Numbered from the stretch's first letter, positions 9,904 through 17,780 are shown. The stretch is DNA of 64,000 bases from a virus (IMGVR_UViG_3300008954_003554:19334-83333), one strand, 5' to 3'. A program made the numbers and translations. The notes: generated by a model not told the origin, from the sequence alone.

Positions 9904-10005
9904 GCTCTAAGAGTAGATCAAGGGCGTAAGGAACAGAGAGCCGCTAAACCTCTCAGAGAATCATCAATCACCCACACATACGTTACCACCCCTAAGAGAG
10001 CGCGC

Positions 10006-10034
10006 GTGTAATCAGGAGCTGACCGTGGTACAAT
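10006..10034 (+). promoter_or_regulatory. early-type promoter driving the SH3-cassette array
   Basis: GTGTAA-N17-TACAAT; AAGGAGG RBS. Confidence 0.75.
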
Positions 10035-10055
10035 AGATCTATAAGGAGGTTCTCA

Positions 10056-10238
10056 ATGAAAGCCGGTGATTTGGTGAGAATGAGAGGCACGCTTGAGTGG
10101 AATGGTCAGGTTGGGCTAATCACTAAGGTTCCTAGAACTCAGTGGGGCATGTGGGTTGTTATGCTTGCTTCCGGTGATGACACTTTTGTTGCGACCGGTC
10201 GTAAAGAGTGCATGGAGGTAATCAGTGAAAGTCGGTGA
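10056..10238 (+). CDS. KOW/SH3-like mini-protein, cassette 1
   Basis: MKAGDLV...G.VG.I...EVISESR. Confidence 0.8.
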   Translation: MKAGDLVRMRGTLEWNGQVGLITKVPRTQWGMWVVMLASGDDTFVATGRKECMEVISESR

Positions 10239-10449
10239 TTTGGTAATCAGGAAGATCCCTGAGCGTGGCACCAGCCGTAGGGCATCAGCCCTTAGCCAAC
10301 GCCGGGAGCTGGGCCATGGCCTTATTTTAACGAAGCAAATGGGGGGAAGTAATCCTGTCCACCCATGTGTTACAGTCTATTATCCGTTGACTGGTGAAAT
10401 GTATGATATCGCAGAGTCGCTCATGGAGGTAATCAGTGAAAGTCGGTGA
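10225..10449 (+). CDS. KOW/SH3-like mini-protein, cassette 2
   Basis: MKVGDLV...EVISESR. Confidence 0.8.
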   Translation: MKVGDLVIRKIPERGTSRRASALSQRRELGHGLILTKQMGGSNPVHPCVTVYYPLTGEMYDIAESLMEVISESR

Positions 10450-10639
10450 TCTGGTCGCACTTAGATTATGTCAACAAGCAGGTACGATTGGAATGATTAC
10501 AATGCTAACCAAGCCATCTCATCTTGCTAGGACTAAGCCTGAGCTCCGACTATACTGGGTTTTGACTGATTTGGGTAACCAATGCTTCACGGGTAGTCAG
10601 TTGATAAGACATGTCTGGATGGAAAATGAAACTCGGTGA
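10436..10639 (+). CDS. KOW/SH3-like mini-protein, cassette 3
   Basis: MKVGDLV...ENETR. Confidence 0.8.
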   Translation: MKVGDLVALRLCQQAGTIGMITMLTKPSHLARTKPELRLYWVLTDLGNQCFTGSQLIRHVWMENETR

Positions 10640-10805
10640 TTTGATATATGATTCTCACTTCAAAGAACACGGTGTGGTGGTCGAAGCTAAACCCTGCGAG
10701 ATTGGGCAAGGTGAGTGGTGTGCGATCCTTTATGCAGACGGTGAGCTAGTAGAGGGCATTCGGTCATGGGAAGAAACAGTTGAGGTGGTTAATGAAAGTC
10801 GGTGA
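10626..10805 (+). CDS. KOW/SH3-like mini-protein, cassette 4
   Basis: MKLGDLI...EVVNESR. Confidence 0.8.
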   Translation: MKLGDLIYDSHFKEHGVVVEAKPCEIGQGEWCAILYADGELVEGIRSWEETVEVVNESR

Positions 10806-10989
10806 TCTCGTCCAGGTAGTGCAATCGGAATCGTGCACACTTCACACACCATTTGAAGGACAAGTAGGCGTAATCATTAATGTCTGTCTAGCTAAGTCTA
10901 AAGAACAGGATAGGTTTGTAGTACTAACAAGGAACTGTACTCTAATATTCGGACCAAGTTACCTCGAGGTTATACATGAAAGTCGGTGA
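10792..10989 (+). CDS. KOW/SH3-like mini-protein, cassette 5
   Basis: MKVGDLV...EVIHESR. Confidence 0.8.
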   Translation: MKVGDLVQVVQSESCTLHTPFEGQVGVIINVCLAKSKEQDRFVVLTRNCTLIFGPSYLEVIHESR

Positions 10990-11164
10990 TCTGGTAAAGA
11001 ATCTAAACTCGGAATCGATGATGCATGGCGTTGTTGTGGACTTTGAGTTGCGGAGGGCGGGCGGCGGACTTTACTCTGTGAGAATGCCTGTGGTGTTGTG
11101 GGCAGATAAAAGGTGCAGTCCAATTATGCCAGATATGGTGGAGAAAGCAAATGAAAGTCGGTGA
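10976..11164 (+). CDS. KOW/SH3-like mini-protein, cassette 6
   Basis: MKVGDLV...EKANESR. Confidence 0.8.
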   Translation: MKVGDLVKNLNSESMMHGVVVDFELRRAGGGLYSVRMPVVLWADKRCSPIMPDMVEKANESR

Positions 11165-11372
11165 TCTAGTTTTGTTTCCATGCGACTGGGAGCGCTATCA
11201 AAAAAGAATTGGAGTTTTGGTAGAGATTAGAGATAATCCAGCCGATTTAAATAATATTTTTATGCAGAGGCAAGGGCACTCGCCGCGAAAAATTGCTGAC
11301 ATTTTGTATAAAGGAAAAATGACTGGGTGCTGGGTGTCACATTTGGAAGAGGTGGCCAGTGAAAGTCGGTGA
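11151..11372 (+). CDS. KOW/SH3-like mini-protein, cassette 7
   Basis: MKVGDLV...EEVASESR. Confidence 0.8.
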   Translation: MKVGDLVLFPCDWERYQKRIGVLVEIRDNPADLNNIFMQRQGHSPRKIADILYKGKMTGCWVSHLEEVASESR

Positions 11373-11435
11373 TTAGTGACTGATCGAGCGCCCAGCATCG
11401 AGCGCCCAGCGAATCGTAGCAGCGAGCCCGGGACA

Positions 11436-11547
11436 AGACAGTCTGACATCGCTGTCGACACACTGTCATCGTCTGTGACAAATGGTCATACCTAAAGACA
11501 ACATGTCACTAGCTGTGACAACATGTCAATACTGTGACACCGTGTCA
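11436..11547. repeat. six phased TGACA-N3-TGTCA palindromic sites (20-bp period)
   Basis: Copies at 11436, 11456, 11476, 11496, 11516 and 11535. Confidence 0.85.
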
Positions 11548-11642
11548 TTTCCCATCTAGCACCCAGGATAATGCATTTCATCTAGCGCCCAATAGTTACA
11601 GACTTAAACAGGGGGGACACCCCGACTCGCCCTAACTTTCTC

Positions 11643-11671
11643 GTGTACATCGGGTCAGCATGTGGTATGAT
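11643..11671 (+). promoter_or_regulatory. early-type promoter
   Basis: GTGTAC-N17-TATGAT with TG extension. Confidence 0.65.
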
Positions 11672-11706
11672 ATAGATATGGAGGTGCCGGTAGTTGGGAG
11701 GCAGAG

Positions 11707-11862
11707 GTGTCGAGGGATCGGATCAGGGTCAGAGTCGACCTGTTCAGGCGGATGGTCAAGGAGCAAGAGAGAATTCGGAGGGTGGCGCTGACGACGCAGG
11801 TCATCAGTCTGCTCGCGCTTGCGATCTCTGTCGGGGCGATGATCGTTGCGTACACGGGCTAA
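11707..11862 (+). CDS. small membrane protein (51 aa, not in ORF track)
   Basis: GGGAGG RBS; MSRDRIRV...VISLLALAISVGAMIVAYTG C-terminal TM helix. Confidence 0.55.
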   Translation: MSRDRIRVRVDLFRRMVKEQERIRRVALTTQVISLLALAISVGAMIVAYTG

Positions 11863-11871
11863 GGAGACGAT

Positions 11872-12105
11872 GTGTTCGGTAGACGGGAGGTGGACACTGT
11901 GCTCCTGCGAGTACGAGAGTCAGAGGCCAGGTCGACCCAAAAGATCAAGGATCTCCAGGAAAGGGTCGACGCCGTTGAGGATGCCTGGGTCGACACCCTG
12001 GGGGAGATTCATCGTTGGCGCACCTGGATGACGCTTAGTGTCTTCTCTCTGGCTGTCACCTCTCTCGTCCTGTCAGGCATCTACCTCGGGGGTGTGCTTT
12101 TCTAG
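11872..12105 (+). CDS. small coiled-coil protein with a C-terminal TM helix
   Basis: AAGGAG RBS; hydrophobic C-terminus. Confidence 0.65.
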   Translation: MFGRREVDTVLLRVRESEARSTQKIKDLQERVDAVEDAWVDTLGEIHRWRTWMTLSVFSLAVTSLVLSGIYLGGVLF

Positions 12106-12234
12106 GGGGTCGACCCGAGGAGAAAGGGGGTCGACTCTGCAGGGCAGTGGAGGTGGGGTCGACCCTGGTGTTCAGCTGGAGTCTGGCGGTCGCGATTCTC
12201 GTGTCAGCCCAGCTCTACACCCGGAGAAAACGAC

Positions 12235-12441
12235 GTGAGGAGGAGAAGGCGAGGAAAAAAAGAGTTCGACGTTGGTGAGCTAGTGACGTGGAGCTGGGGA
12301 GGCAAGAAGGCGAATATCTTCCACGGACTCGTGATTGACAAGCGGGACCACATGGGTATCTGGGTCTACACGGTCATGTTTGAGAATCAGATTGTCAGTG
12401 GCTTCAATCCCGAGGAGCTGCGTCGGCTCAAGATCTTGTAA
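12235..12441 (+). CDS. SH3/KOW-like small protein
   Basis: FDVGELV...HGLVI...YTVMF. Confidence 0.65.
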   Translation: MRRRRRGKKEFDVGELVTWSWGGKKANIFHGLVIDKRDHMGIWVYTVMFENQIVSGFNPEELRRLKIL

Positions 12442-12464
12442 ATCTCAAAATCCTGAGGTATAAT
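12436..12464 (+). promoter_or_regulatory. early-type promoter (-35 contains the upstream stop codon)
   Basis: TTGTAA-N17-TATAAT. Confidence 0.75.
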
Positions 12465-12481
12465 AGAGACAGGAGGCATAC

Positions 12482-12805
12482 ATGGCTAAGTACAAGCTAA
12501 CCGCGGCCCAAAAGCGTGACATCAAGAAACAGGTGGGTGTCGCTAGGTCGAATGGAGCATCGCTTCCCCGGCAGAAGAAGACCTGGTCTTTCAAGAAGGG
12601 AGACCTGGTGACCCTAAATAAGAAAGGCATGCGCCAGCAGGGGTTGACAGAACCTCCCTGGGGTGTGGTCGCGGGACCCTACCACGAGGGGTCGAATAAC
12701 GGGGGCTACTTCAGGGTGATGACCAGCACAGGCATGCAGGATTGGCACGGTGGTCAGATGGACAGGATTCAGGAACTTGACAAGGAAGACGCTGAAGACG
12801 TGTAG
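12482..12805 (+). CDS. basic protein with an SH3/KOW-like C-terminal half
   Basis: AGGAGG RBS; FKKGDLV...WGVV. Confidence 0.7.
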   Translation: MAKYKLTAAQKRDIKKQVGVARSNGASLPRQKKTWSFKKGDLVTLNKKGMRQQGLTEPPWGVVAGPYHEGSNNGGYFRVMTSTGMQDWHGGQMDRIQELDKEDAEDV

Positions 12806-12828
12806 CAGCCGCCTACTTATGGTATAAT
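12800..12828 (+). promoter_or_regulatory. early-type promoter (-35 contains the upstream stop codon)
   Basis: GTGTAG-N17-TATAAT. Confidence 0.8.
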
Positions 12829-12870
12829 AGAAACACAGGACAACAATAAACCCAAACCCCGAGGAAACTC

Positions 12871-13926
12871 ATGGATATCAAGACCTTCGCATCCACCGTT
12901 CGCGCCCTTCCGGCCGACGTCTCCGTTCTTATTCGAGGCCCACACGGGATCGGTAAGTCCCACCTCGCCGAGAAAGCGGCTGAGGACATAGGGCTGCCCC
13001 TCATCGACCGGCGTCTCTCGCAGATGTCCGAAGGTGACCTGGTCGGGTTGCCGGAACTGGTGGACGGTGTCACCCGCTTCTGCCCTCCGGACTGGTACGC
13101 TCGGGCTTGCCGCGAACCGGTGGTTCTCCTCCTGGACGAAATCAACCGGGCGACCCCGGAGCTCCAGCAGGGAGCCTTCCAGATCGTTCTGGCCCGGGAG
13201 CTTAACGGCCACAAGCTGCACCCCGACACCCGCGTCATCGCGGCAGTCAATGCCTCGGCAGAATACCAGGTGAACGAGATGGATCCGGCTCTGCTGGACC
13301 GATTCTGGGTTGTGGACCTGGACCCCACCACCGATGATTGGATCGAGTGGGCATCTGGCCCTGGAGATATTGACTCGGTCATCGTGGACTTCATTCGCCA
13401 CAATCCGGCTCACCTTCGATTCAAGGGACAGGCGGAGCCGGATAAGATCTACCCCTCTCCTCGGTCCTACGACCGGTTGAACCACACCTTGCAGCACGCC
13501 TCGATGGCACCTTCCGAGGTGGCTGGAGACGTCAAGTCGAACGTTGGATTCTACGCCATCTCTCACGGCTTCCTCGGTACCGAGGCTGCTATCGCCTTCC
13601 GGGACTTCGTTGATAACTACGAACTCCAGGTATCTCCGGAGGACGTGCTGAATGACTACAAGAAGAACAAGAAGTCTCTTGAGGCGCTCACCAATGATCA
13701 GGGGAATGGTCTGATCGCCAAGGTGGTTGACCACTGCAAGCAGAACAGCTGGACGGTGGATCAGTGCTCCAACCTCTCCAAGTGGGCTAAGACCCTGCCT
13801 GGTGAGATGATGGTGAGTCTCTGGAACGGTGTGATGGAGACCAAGGAGGTCAAGAACATCACCAAGCTCCACAAGTTCCTGGGTCAGTCTGTTGTTGAAG
13901 CAGTTCAGCGGTCACGCAGTCTGTAG
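12871..13926 (+). CDS. MoxR-family / dynein-related AAA+ ATPase
   Basis: Walker A GPHGIGKS, Walker B LLLDEINRA, DPALLDRF, SPRS. Confidence 0.92.
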   Translation: MDIKTFASTVRALPADVSVLIRGPHGIGKSHLAEKAAEDIGLPLIDRRLSQMSEGDLVGLPELVDGVTRFCPPDWYARACREPVVLLLDEINRATPELQQGAFQIVLARELNGHKLHPDTRVIAAVNASAEYQVNEMDPALLDRFWVVDLDPTTDDWIEWASGPGDIDSVIVDFIRHNPAHLRFKGQAEPDKIYPSPRSYDRLNHTLQHASMAPSEVAGDVKSNVGFYAISHGFLGTEAAIAFRDFVDNYELQVSPEDVLNDYKKNKKSLEALTNDQGNGLIAKVVDHCKQNSWTVDQCSNLSKWAKTLPGEMMVSLWNGVMETKEVKNITKLHKFLGQSVVEAVQRSRSL

Positions 13927-13943
13927 TTGTCCTGCCCCCTCCC

Positions 13944-13972
13944 GTGTAGCACACACGGGAGGGTGGTATAAT
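13944..13972 (+). promoter_or_regulatory. early-type promoter overlapped by an 11-bp hairpin
   Basis: GTGTAG-N17-TATAAT; CCCTCCCGTGT/ACACGGGAGGG stem. Confidence 0.8.
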
Positions 13973-13989
13973 ATAGTCAGGAGGTACTA

Positions 13990-15288
13990 ATGGAACCCAT
14001 GGAACAGAAAGATCAAGGCACCGCGACCGAGCTTCCGAGCAAGCTGGAAGCCACTGATGAACAGGTGTCTCGATTCAAGCTCGATGATCATCTCGTCAAC
14101 CTCATGTTGCACGAGCCTTTCTTCAGTCAGGTGATGGTTAAGCTCAACAAGTCAGAGACCAGCGCGGTGCCGACAGCAGGCGTCATGGTGAAGGACTGTG
14201 TCCCTCACTTCGTCTGGAACCCTCGATTCGTAGCAGCACTCTCGGCACTCAAGGTGCGAGGGCTTCTCAAGCACGAGTGCTACCATCTCATCTTCAATCA
14301 CTGCACCCAGCGTCGACAGGAGCCACACCGTGTGTGGAACTTCGCCACCGACCTGGCCATCAACTCAATCATTCCTCGCAAGGAGCTGCCAGACGGTGGT
14401 CTCTTCCCGGGTGAGGCACTCGACCTAAGCGGGATCACAGATCCCGAGCGGTTGAAGAAGTGGCAGAAGGTATCAGACCTGATCGCCTCGTTTCCTACCG
14501 AGAAGTCAGCTGATTGGTACTTCACCGAGCTGATGAAGGACCCTGAGATCTCTGAGACCATCGAGCCGGAGCCCGGTGAGGGTGAGCCCGGTGGGATGGA
14601 CGATCACGAAGGCTGGGGTGACATGTCTGATGAGGAACGTCAGGTGGTCGAAGGCCGCATCAAGCAGGCACTGGCAGAGGCAACTCGACGCTGTGATGGT
14701 AACGGGCAGTGGGGATCGGTCCCTAGCTCCGTCCAATCTCGAATCCGTCAGATGGTAAGTAACGAGGTGGACTGGAAGTCGCTTCTCAGGAACTTCTGTG
14801 GTCGGACACAAAGGGCTCACCGAAGCTCGACCATGAAGAGAATCAACCGGAAGTATCCGTACATTCACCCTGGTCGGAAGCGAGGTCACAGCGCTCACCT
14901 GGCCATCTACCTCGATCAGTCCGGTTCGGTTGCTGACGATGATATCGCCCTGCTGTTTGGTGAGCTCAACAACCTGGGCCGGATGGTTGAGTTCACGCTC
15001 ATCCCGTTCGACTCCACTGTGGACACAGAGAACGAGATGAAGTGGCGACGCGGTGCCAAGGTCCCACCCCAGCGCTGGCGGTCAGGAGGTACCTGCTTCG
15101 ATGCTGTGGCTAAGCACGCTGTCGAGAATAAGCACCGATTTGACGGCTACATCGTCCTCACTGACGGTGAGTGCTCTGATCCCGGGCCATCAAAGATGCG
15201 ACGGGCCTGGGTGATCGTTCCAGATCGGAAGCTCTACTTCAAGCCACACCCCAAGGATATGCTCATCAATATGAAGCGTAGCGTGTAG
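13990..15288 (+). CDS. DUF2201-type metallopeptidase-like plus vWA domain protein (AAA+ partner)
   Basis: HECYH (HExxH), WNFATDLAIN, MIDAS DQSGS, GGT, LTDG. Confidence 0.9.
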   Translation: MEPMEQKDQGTATELPSKLEATDEQVSRFKLDDHLVNLMLHEPFFSQVMVKLNKSETSAVPTAGVMVKDCVPHFVWNPRFVAALSALKVRGLLKHECYHLIFNHCTQRRQEPHRVWNFATDLAINSIIPRKELPDGGLFPGEALDLSGITDPERLKKWQKVSDLIASFPTEKSADWYFTELMKDPEISETIEPEPGEGEPGGMDDHEGWGDMSDEERQVVEGRIKQALAEATRRCDGNGQWGSVPSSVQSRIRQMVSNEVDWKSLLRNFCGRTQRAHRSSTMKRINRKYPYIHPGRKRGHSAHLAIYLDQSGSVADDDIALLFGELNNLGRMVEFTLIPFDSTVDTENEMKWRRGAKVPPQRWRSGGTCFDAVAKHAVENKHRFDGYIVLTDGECSDPGPSKMRRAWVIVPDRKLYFKPHPKDMLINMKRSV

Positions 15289-15311
15289 CACGCGCCAGGC
15301 GGTGGTATAAT
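15283..15311 (+). promoter_or_regulatory. early-type promoter (-35 contains the upstream stop codon)
   Basis: GTGTAG-N17-TATAAT. Confidence 0.8.
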
Positions 15312-15333
15312 AGAAACACCCAAGGAGGATAAC

Positions 15334-16032
15334 ATGGAAGACAGTCGCAGAGACGCCATCATTGACGATCTACTCAAACTCAGACCTGAAGGTCTACCCA
15401 CAGAGAAAGTTGAGTACGAGGAGTACACGGAGTTCTGTTACCAGGCATACAAGGACAAGACACGATATCGTTGTACTCACCCAAACTGGGGATACGACAT
15501 CGACACGCTGTTCAGCCTGGGTCTCCGTACTCGAAACGAGCTGGAGGAATACGTCGCTAAGCGCTTCTATGAGGTTGAACATTCCAGCAGGCTCAAGAAA
15601 GGAAAGAAGTCCGGCCACAGCCGGAAGGTCAATCGACTCTGGTCTCGAATTGATTCCGCTGTCACCCAGGTCCAAGACGAAGGTCGACCAGGGATCTACA
15701 CTCTCACCAAGAGGTGGGGGTCAGCAGTCCTCGCCTCAGTGTGGGCTACGGACCATGATGAAGCTCGAACAATGGGAGAGATGTTCTACGGTCATGTCCT
15801 CAATGAGGAAGACGGACTTCGGACTCGCTTTGTGAGAATCGGTTCACCCGAAGAGGTGATTCCAGTTAACGTCGAGGCGGTAACTAGTTTGAGAGAAGAC
15901 ATCGATAGCTGTCAGAGTCGCATCAAGAGACTACAGAATCAGATCGACCAGGCAAAGGCACGTATCGGGGCCATTCAGATGATGCAGTCTCACATTCTGG
16001 GAAGCTGTGCCTCCCGTGCAGAAGAAGGCTAG
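15334..16032 (+). CDS. hypothetical protein with a C-terminal coiled coil
   Basis: AAGGAGG RBS; 232-aa ORF. Confidence 0.75.
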   Translation: MEDSRRDAIIDDLLKLRPEGLPTEKVEYEEYTEFCYQAYKDKTRYRCTHPNWGYDIDTLFSLGLRTRNELEEYVAKRFYEVEHSSRLKKGKKSGHSRKVNRLWSRIDSAVTQVQDEGRPGIYTLTKRWGSAVLASVWATDHDEARTMGEMFYGHVLNEEDGLRTRFVRIGSPEEVIPVNVEAVTSLREDIDSCQSRIKRLQNQIDQAKARIGAIQMMQSHILGSCASRAEEG

Positions 16033-16044
16033 TGGTGGTATAAT
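16016..16044 (+). promoter_or_regulatory. early-type promoter
   Basis: GTGCAG-N17-TATAAT. Confidence 0.75.
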
Positions 16045-16086
16045 AAGAAGGTAAGCTAAAACAAACCCAAATCCATCGAGGAAACA

Positions 16087-16833
16087 ATGAAGCTTAAAGT
16101 CAATCACAGTGTCTCACGAGGCACAAACATCCTGAATGTGGATGTCCCAGATCAACTTCGAAAGAGGATTCCTACCGGACTTCCTCACATTGATGATGCA
16201 CTGGGAGGCAGGGGATTTACCCCGTCCATGGTTACTCTCTTCACCGGAACACCTGGTGCGGGTAAGACCACACTCATGCTCGAAGCAGCCAATGCTTTGC
16301 AGGGAAAGGGTGCCACAGTTCTCTTCAATACCGCTGAGGAATCTCTCTTTCAGCTCAAGATGACAGTTGAGCGACTGGGTCTCCGTCACGGTTTTGTGGC
16401 AGGACAGGATACCATGGTCAAGAACTTGCTGGAGCACGCTGATGAGCTTCGCGCTAGCAATCCGAACAAGCCCTTCTTCCTCATCGTGGACTCTCTGCAG
16501 TGCCTCAATGATGGTAAGTACGGTAACCACCAGACCAACAGCAAGACAGCTCAGCGGTCGTTGTCGATGATTACGGATTATTGTAAGAAGCACTTCTGCA
16601 ATGCTGTTATCATTGGGCAGGTCACCAAGTCAGGTGCTATGGCAGGAGCAAACGTCCTGAAGCACATGGTTGATGCTTACATCACTCTTGATGTGGAGCG
16701 CAAGGATCAGGATCTGCTCGGTTGTCGGGTACTCGCCACTGAGAAGAATCGGTTCGGCGGTGCTGGTCACATCTTCTTCCTCGCTCTGAGGGAATCTGGT
16801 TTTATGGAGGTATCACGGGTTTCGGTGGGTTAA
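16087..16833 (+). CDS. radA: RadA/Sms-like RecA-fold ATPase (ATPase domain only)
   Basis: TGLPHIDDALGG, GTPGAGKT, AEES, VDSLQ, LKHMVD and the KNRFG signature; no Zn finger or Lon-like domain. Confidence 0.8.
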   Translation: MKLKVNHSVSRGTNILNVDVPDQLRKRIPTGLPHIDDALGGRGFTPSMVTLFTGTPGAGKTTLMLEAANALQGKGATVLFNTAEESLFQLKMTVERLGLRHGFVAGQDTMVKNLLEHADELRASNPNKPFFLIVDSLQCLNDGKYGNHQTNSKTAQRSLSMITDYCKKHFCNAVIIGQVTKSGAMAGANVLKHMVDAYITLDVERKDQDLLGCRVLATEKNRFGGAGHIFFLALRESGFMEVSRVSVG

Positions 16834-16843
16834 CCGCCGAACC

Positions 16844-16890
16844 TGCCGGCCGGGTGTGATACCTCTACCTCATGGGTTGCCCGGCCGGCA
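16844..16890 (+). other. GC-rich inverted repeat after the radA-like gene
   Basis: TGCCGGCCGGG...CCCGGCCGGCA, 11-bp stem, no U-tract. Confidence 0.55.
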
Positions 16891-16920
16891 CCCCCTCCCA
16901 CACGTCTAAGGAGAGCCAAA

Positions 16921-17127
16921 ATGACAGTCGGTGACATGGTACGAATCAAAGGCAACTTTCAGGTGCAGCATGGCGCTGCCCTCGGTGAAGTCTGGCCCGA
17001 GGTTTACGGCCAGATCGGTGTGATCGTTGGCTTGGCCAAGCGACTCTATATTCCCGCAGCCAAAGTCATGGTACTGGGTGAGGTCGCTGAGTTCGACCTC
17101 GATGAACTGGAGAAAGTAAATGACTGA
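16921..17127 (+). CDS. KOW/SH3-like mini-protein
   Basis: MTVGDMV...GQIGVIV...ELEKV. Confidence 0.75.
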   Translation: MTVGDMVRIKGNFQVQHGAALGEVWPEVYGQIGVIVGLAKRLYIPAAKVMVLGEVAEFDLDELEKVND

Positions 17128-17278
17128 CAAAGAGATTATTCGTGAAGCATACTTCGCACTGGCCGGCTATCGAAGCCCGACACTAACAAGACAGCAGCGG
17201 GAGAATGAACTACAGAGATGTTATACACTTCTTGCGGACGCTCTGTATAGACGGGATGAGGAAGATGAAAGTAGGTGA
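17120..17278 (+). CDS. 52-aa helical protein ending in the junction-derived ESR (not in ORF track)
   Basis: MTDKEIIREAYFALAG...DEEDESR; overlaps both neighbours. Confidence 0.55.
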   Translation: MTDKEIIREAYFALAGYRSPTLTRQQRENELQRCYTLLADALYRRDEEDESR

Positions 17279-17432
17279 CCTGGTAAAGTATAAAGGTTCA
17301 GTCGGAATTGTTCTTGGGCCTTGCACAAAGCGCTGGGCTAAGCCCGCTGATGTTTGGGTACTTTGGCCTCATAAGCACAGGCCCATGATCGAGAGCAGCG
17401 ACTTTATGGAGTTAGTAAATGCAAGTCGGTGA
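17265..17432 (+). CDS. KOW/SH3-like mini-protein
   Basis: MKVGDLV...ELVNASR. Confidence 0.8.
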   Translation: MKVGDLVKYKGSVGIVLGPCTKRWAKPADVWVLWPHKHRPMIESSDFMELVNASR

Positions 17433-17610
17433 CCTGGTATCATTGAAGATGAAGAAGACACAACCCCCTCAGGTACCTTGCCATGGCATCGTACTCAATC
17501 TATGGCGGAATCATAAGGGACGGCTTGTTGAAGTAGAGGTGATGTGGTCAGAAGGTAATGTTAGAAGGTTCCGTGCTGATCTCTTCGAGGTGATCAATGG
17601 AAGTAGGTGA
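17419..17610 (+). CDS. KOW/SH3-like mini-protein
   Basis: MQVGDLV...EVINGSR. Confidence 0.8.
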   Translation: MQVGDLVSLKMKKTQPPQVPCHGIVLNLWRNHKGRLVEVEVMWSEGNVRRFRADLFEVINGSR

Positions 17611-17779
17611 TATTGTTCATGATCATGCTGTTGGTCGCAATGGCATCATCCTATCTAAGACGGTGTGTGCGTGGAAAGTTAACTGGTTCTATGTCTTTTA
17701 CGGCGACGGCTCCATCGAGCAGGCACGTGCCAATGAGCTAAGCATACTTTCTTGTAAAGCGCTCAGAAATGATGTATAA
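17597..17779 (+). CDS. KOW/SH3-like mini-protein
   Basis: MEVGDIV...GIIL. Confidence 0.75.
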   Translation: MEVGDIVHDHAVGRNGIILSKTVCAWKVNWFYVFYGDGSIEQARANELSILSCKALRNDV

Positions 17780-17780
17780 T
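17752..17780 (+). promoter_or_regulatory. early-type promoter
   Basis: TTGTAA-N17-TATAAT. Confidence 0.75.

Larger units (their letters stand above)
10045..11376 (+). repeat. array of 8 junction repeats (core RTGAAAGTCGGTGAT) separating 7 variable mini-genes
   Basis: Copies start at 10056, 10225, 10436, 10626, 10792, 10976, 11151 and 11359; 29 bp identical at 10211 and 10422. Confidence 0.9.

Noticed and set aside
10045-11376. CRISPR array call for the regularly spaced repeats
   Set aside because: Units are 166-211 bp and protein-coding, the repeats are degenerate and non-palindromic, and no cas genes are present in the window.
10045-11376. Integron or diversity-generating retroelement
   Set aside because: No attC-like inverted repeats, integrase or reverse transcriptase in the window, and no template/variable repeat pair with adenine-specific differences.
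12813-13872. Long minus-strand ORFs (351 aa and 196 aa)
   Set aside because: Antisense shadows of the GC3-biased AAA+ gene with no motifs or RBS. The same applies to the minus ORFs under 51413-54280 and other + strand genes.
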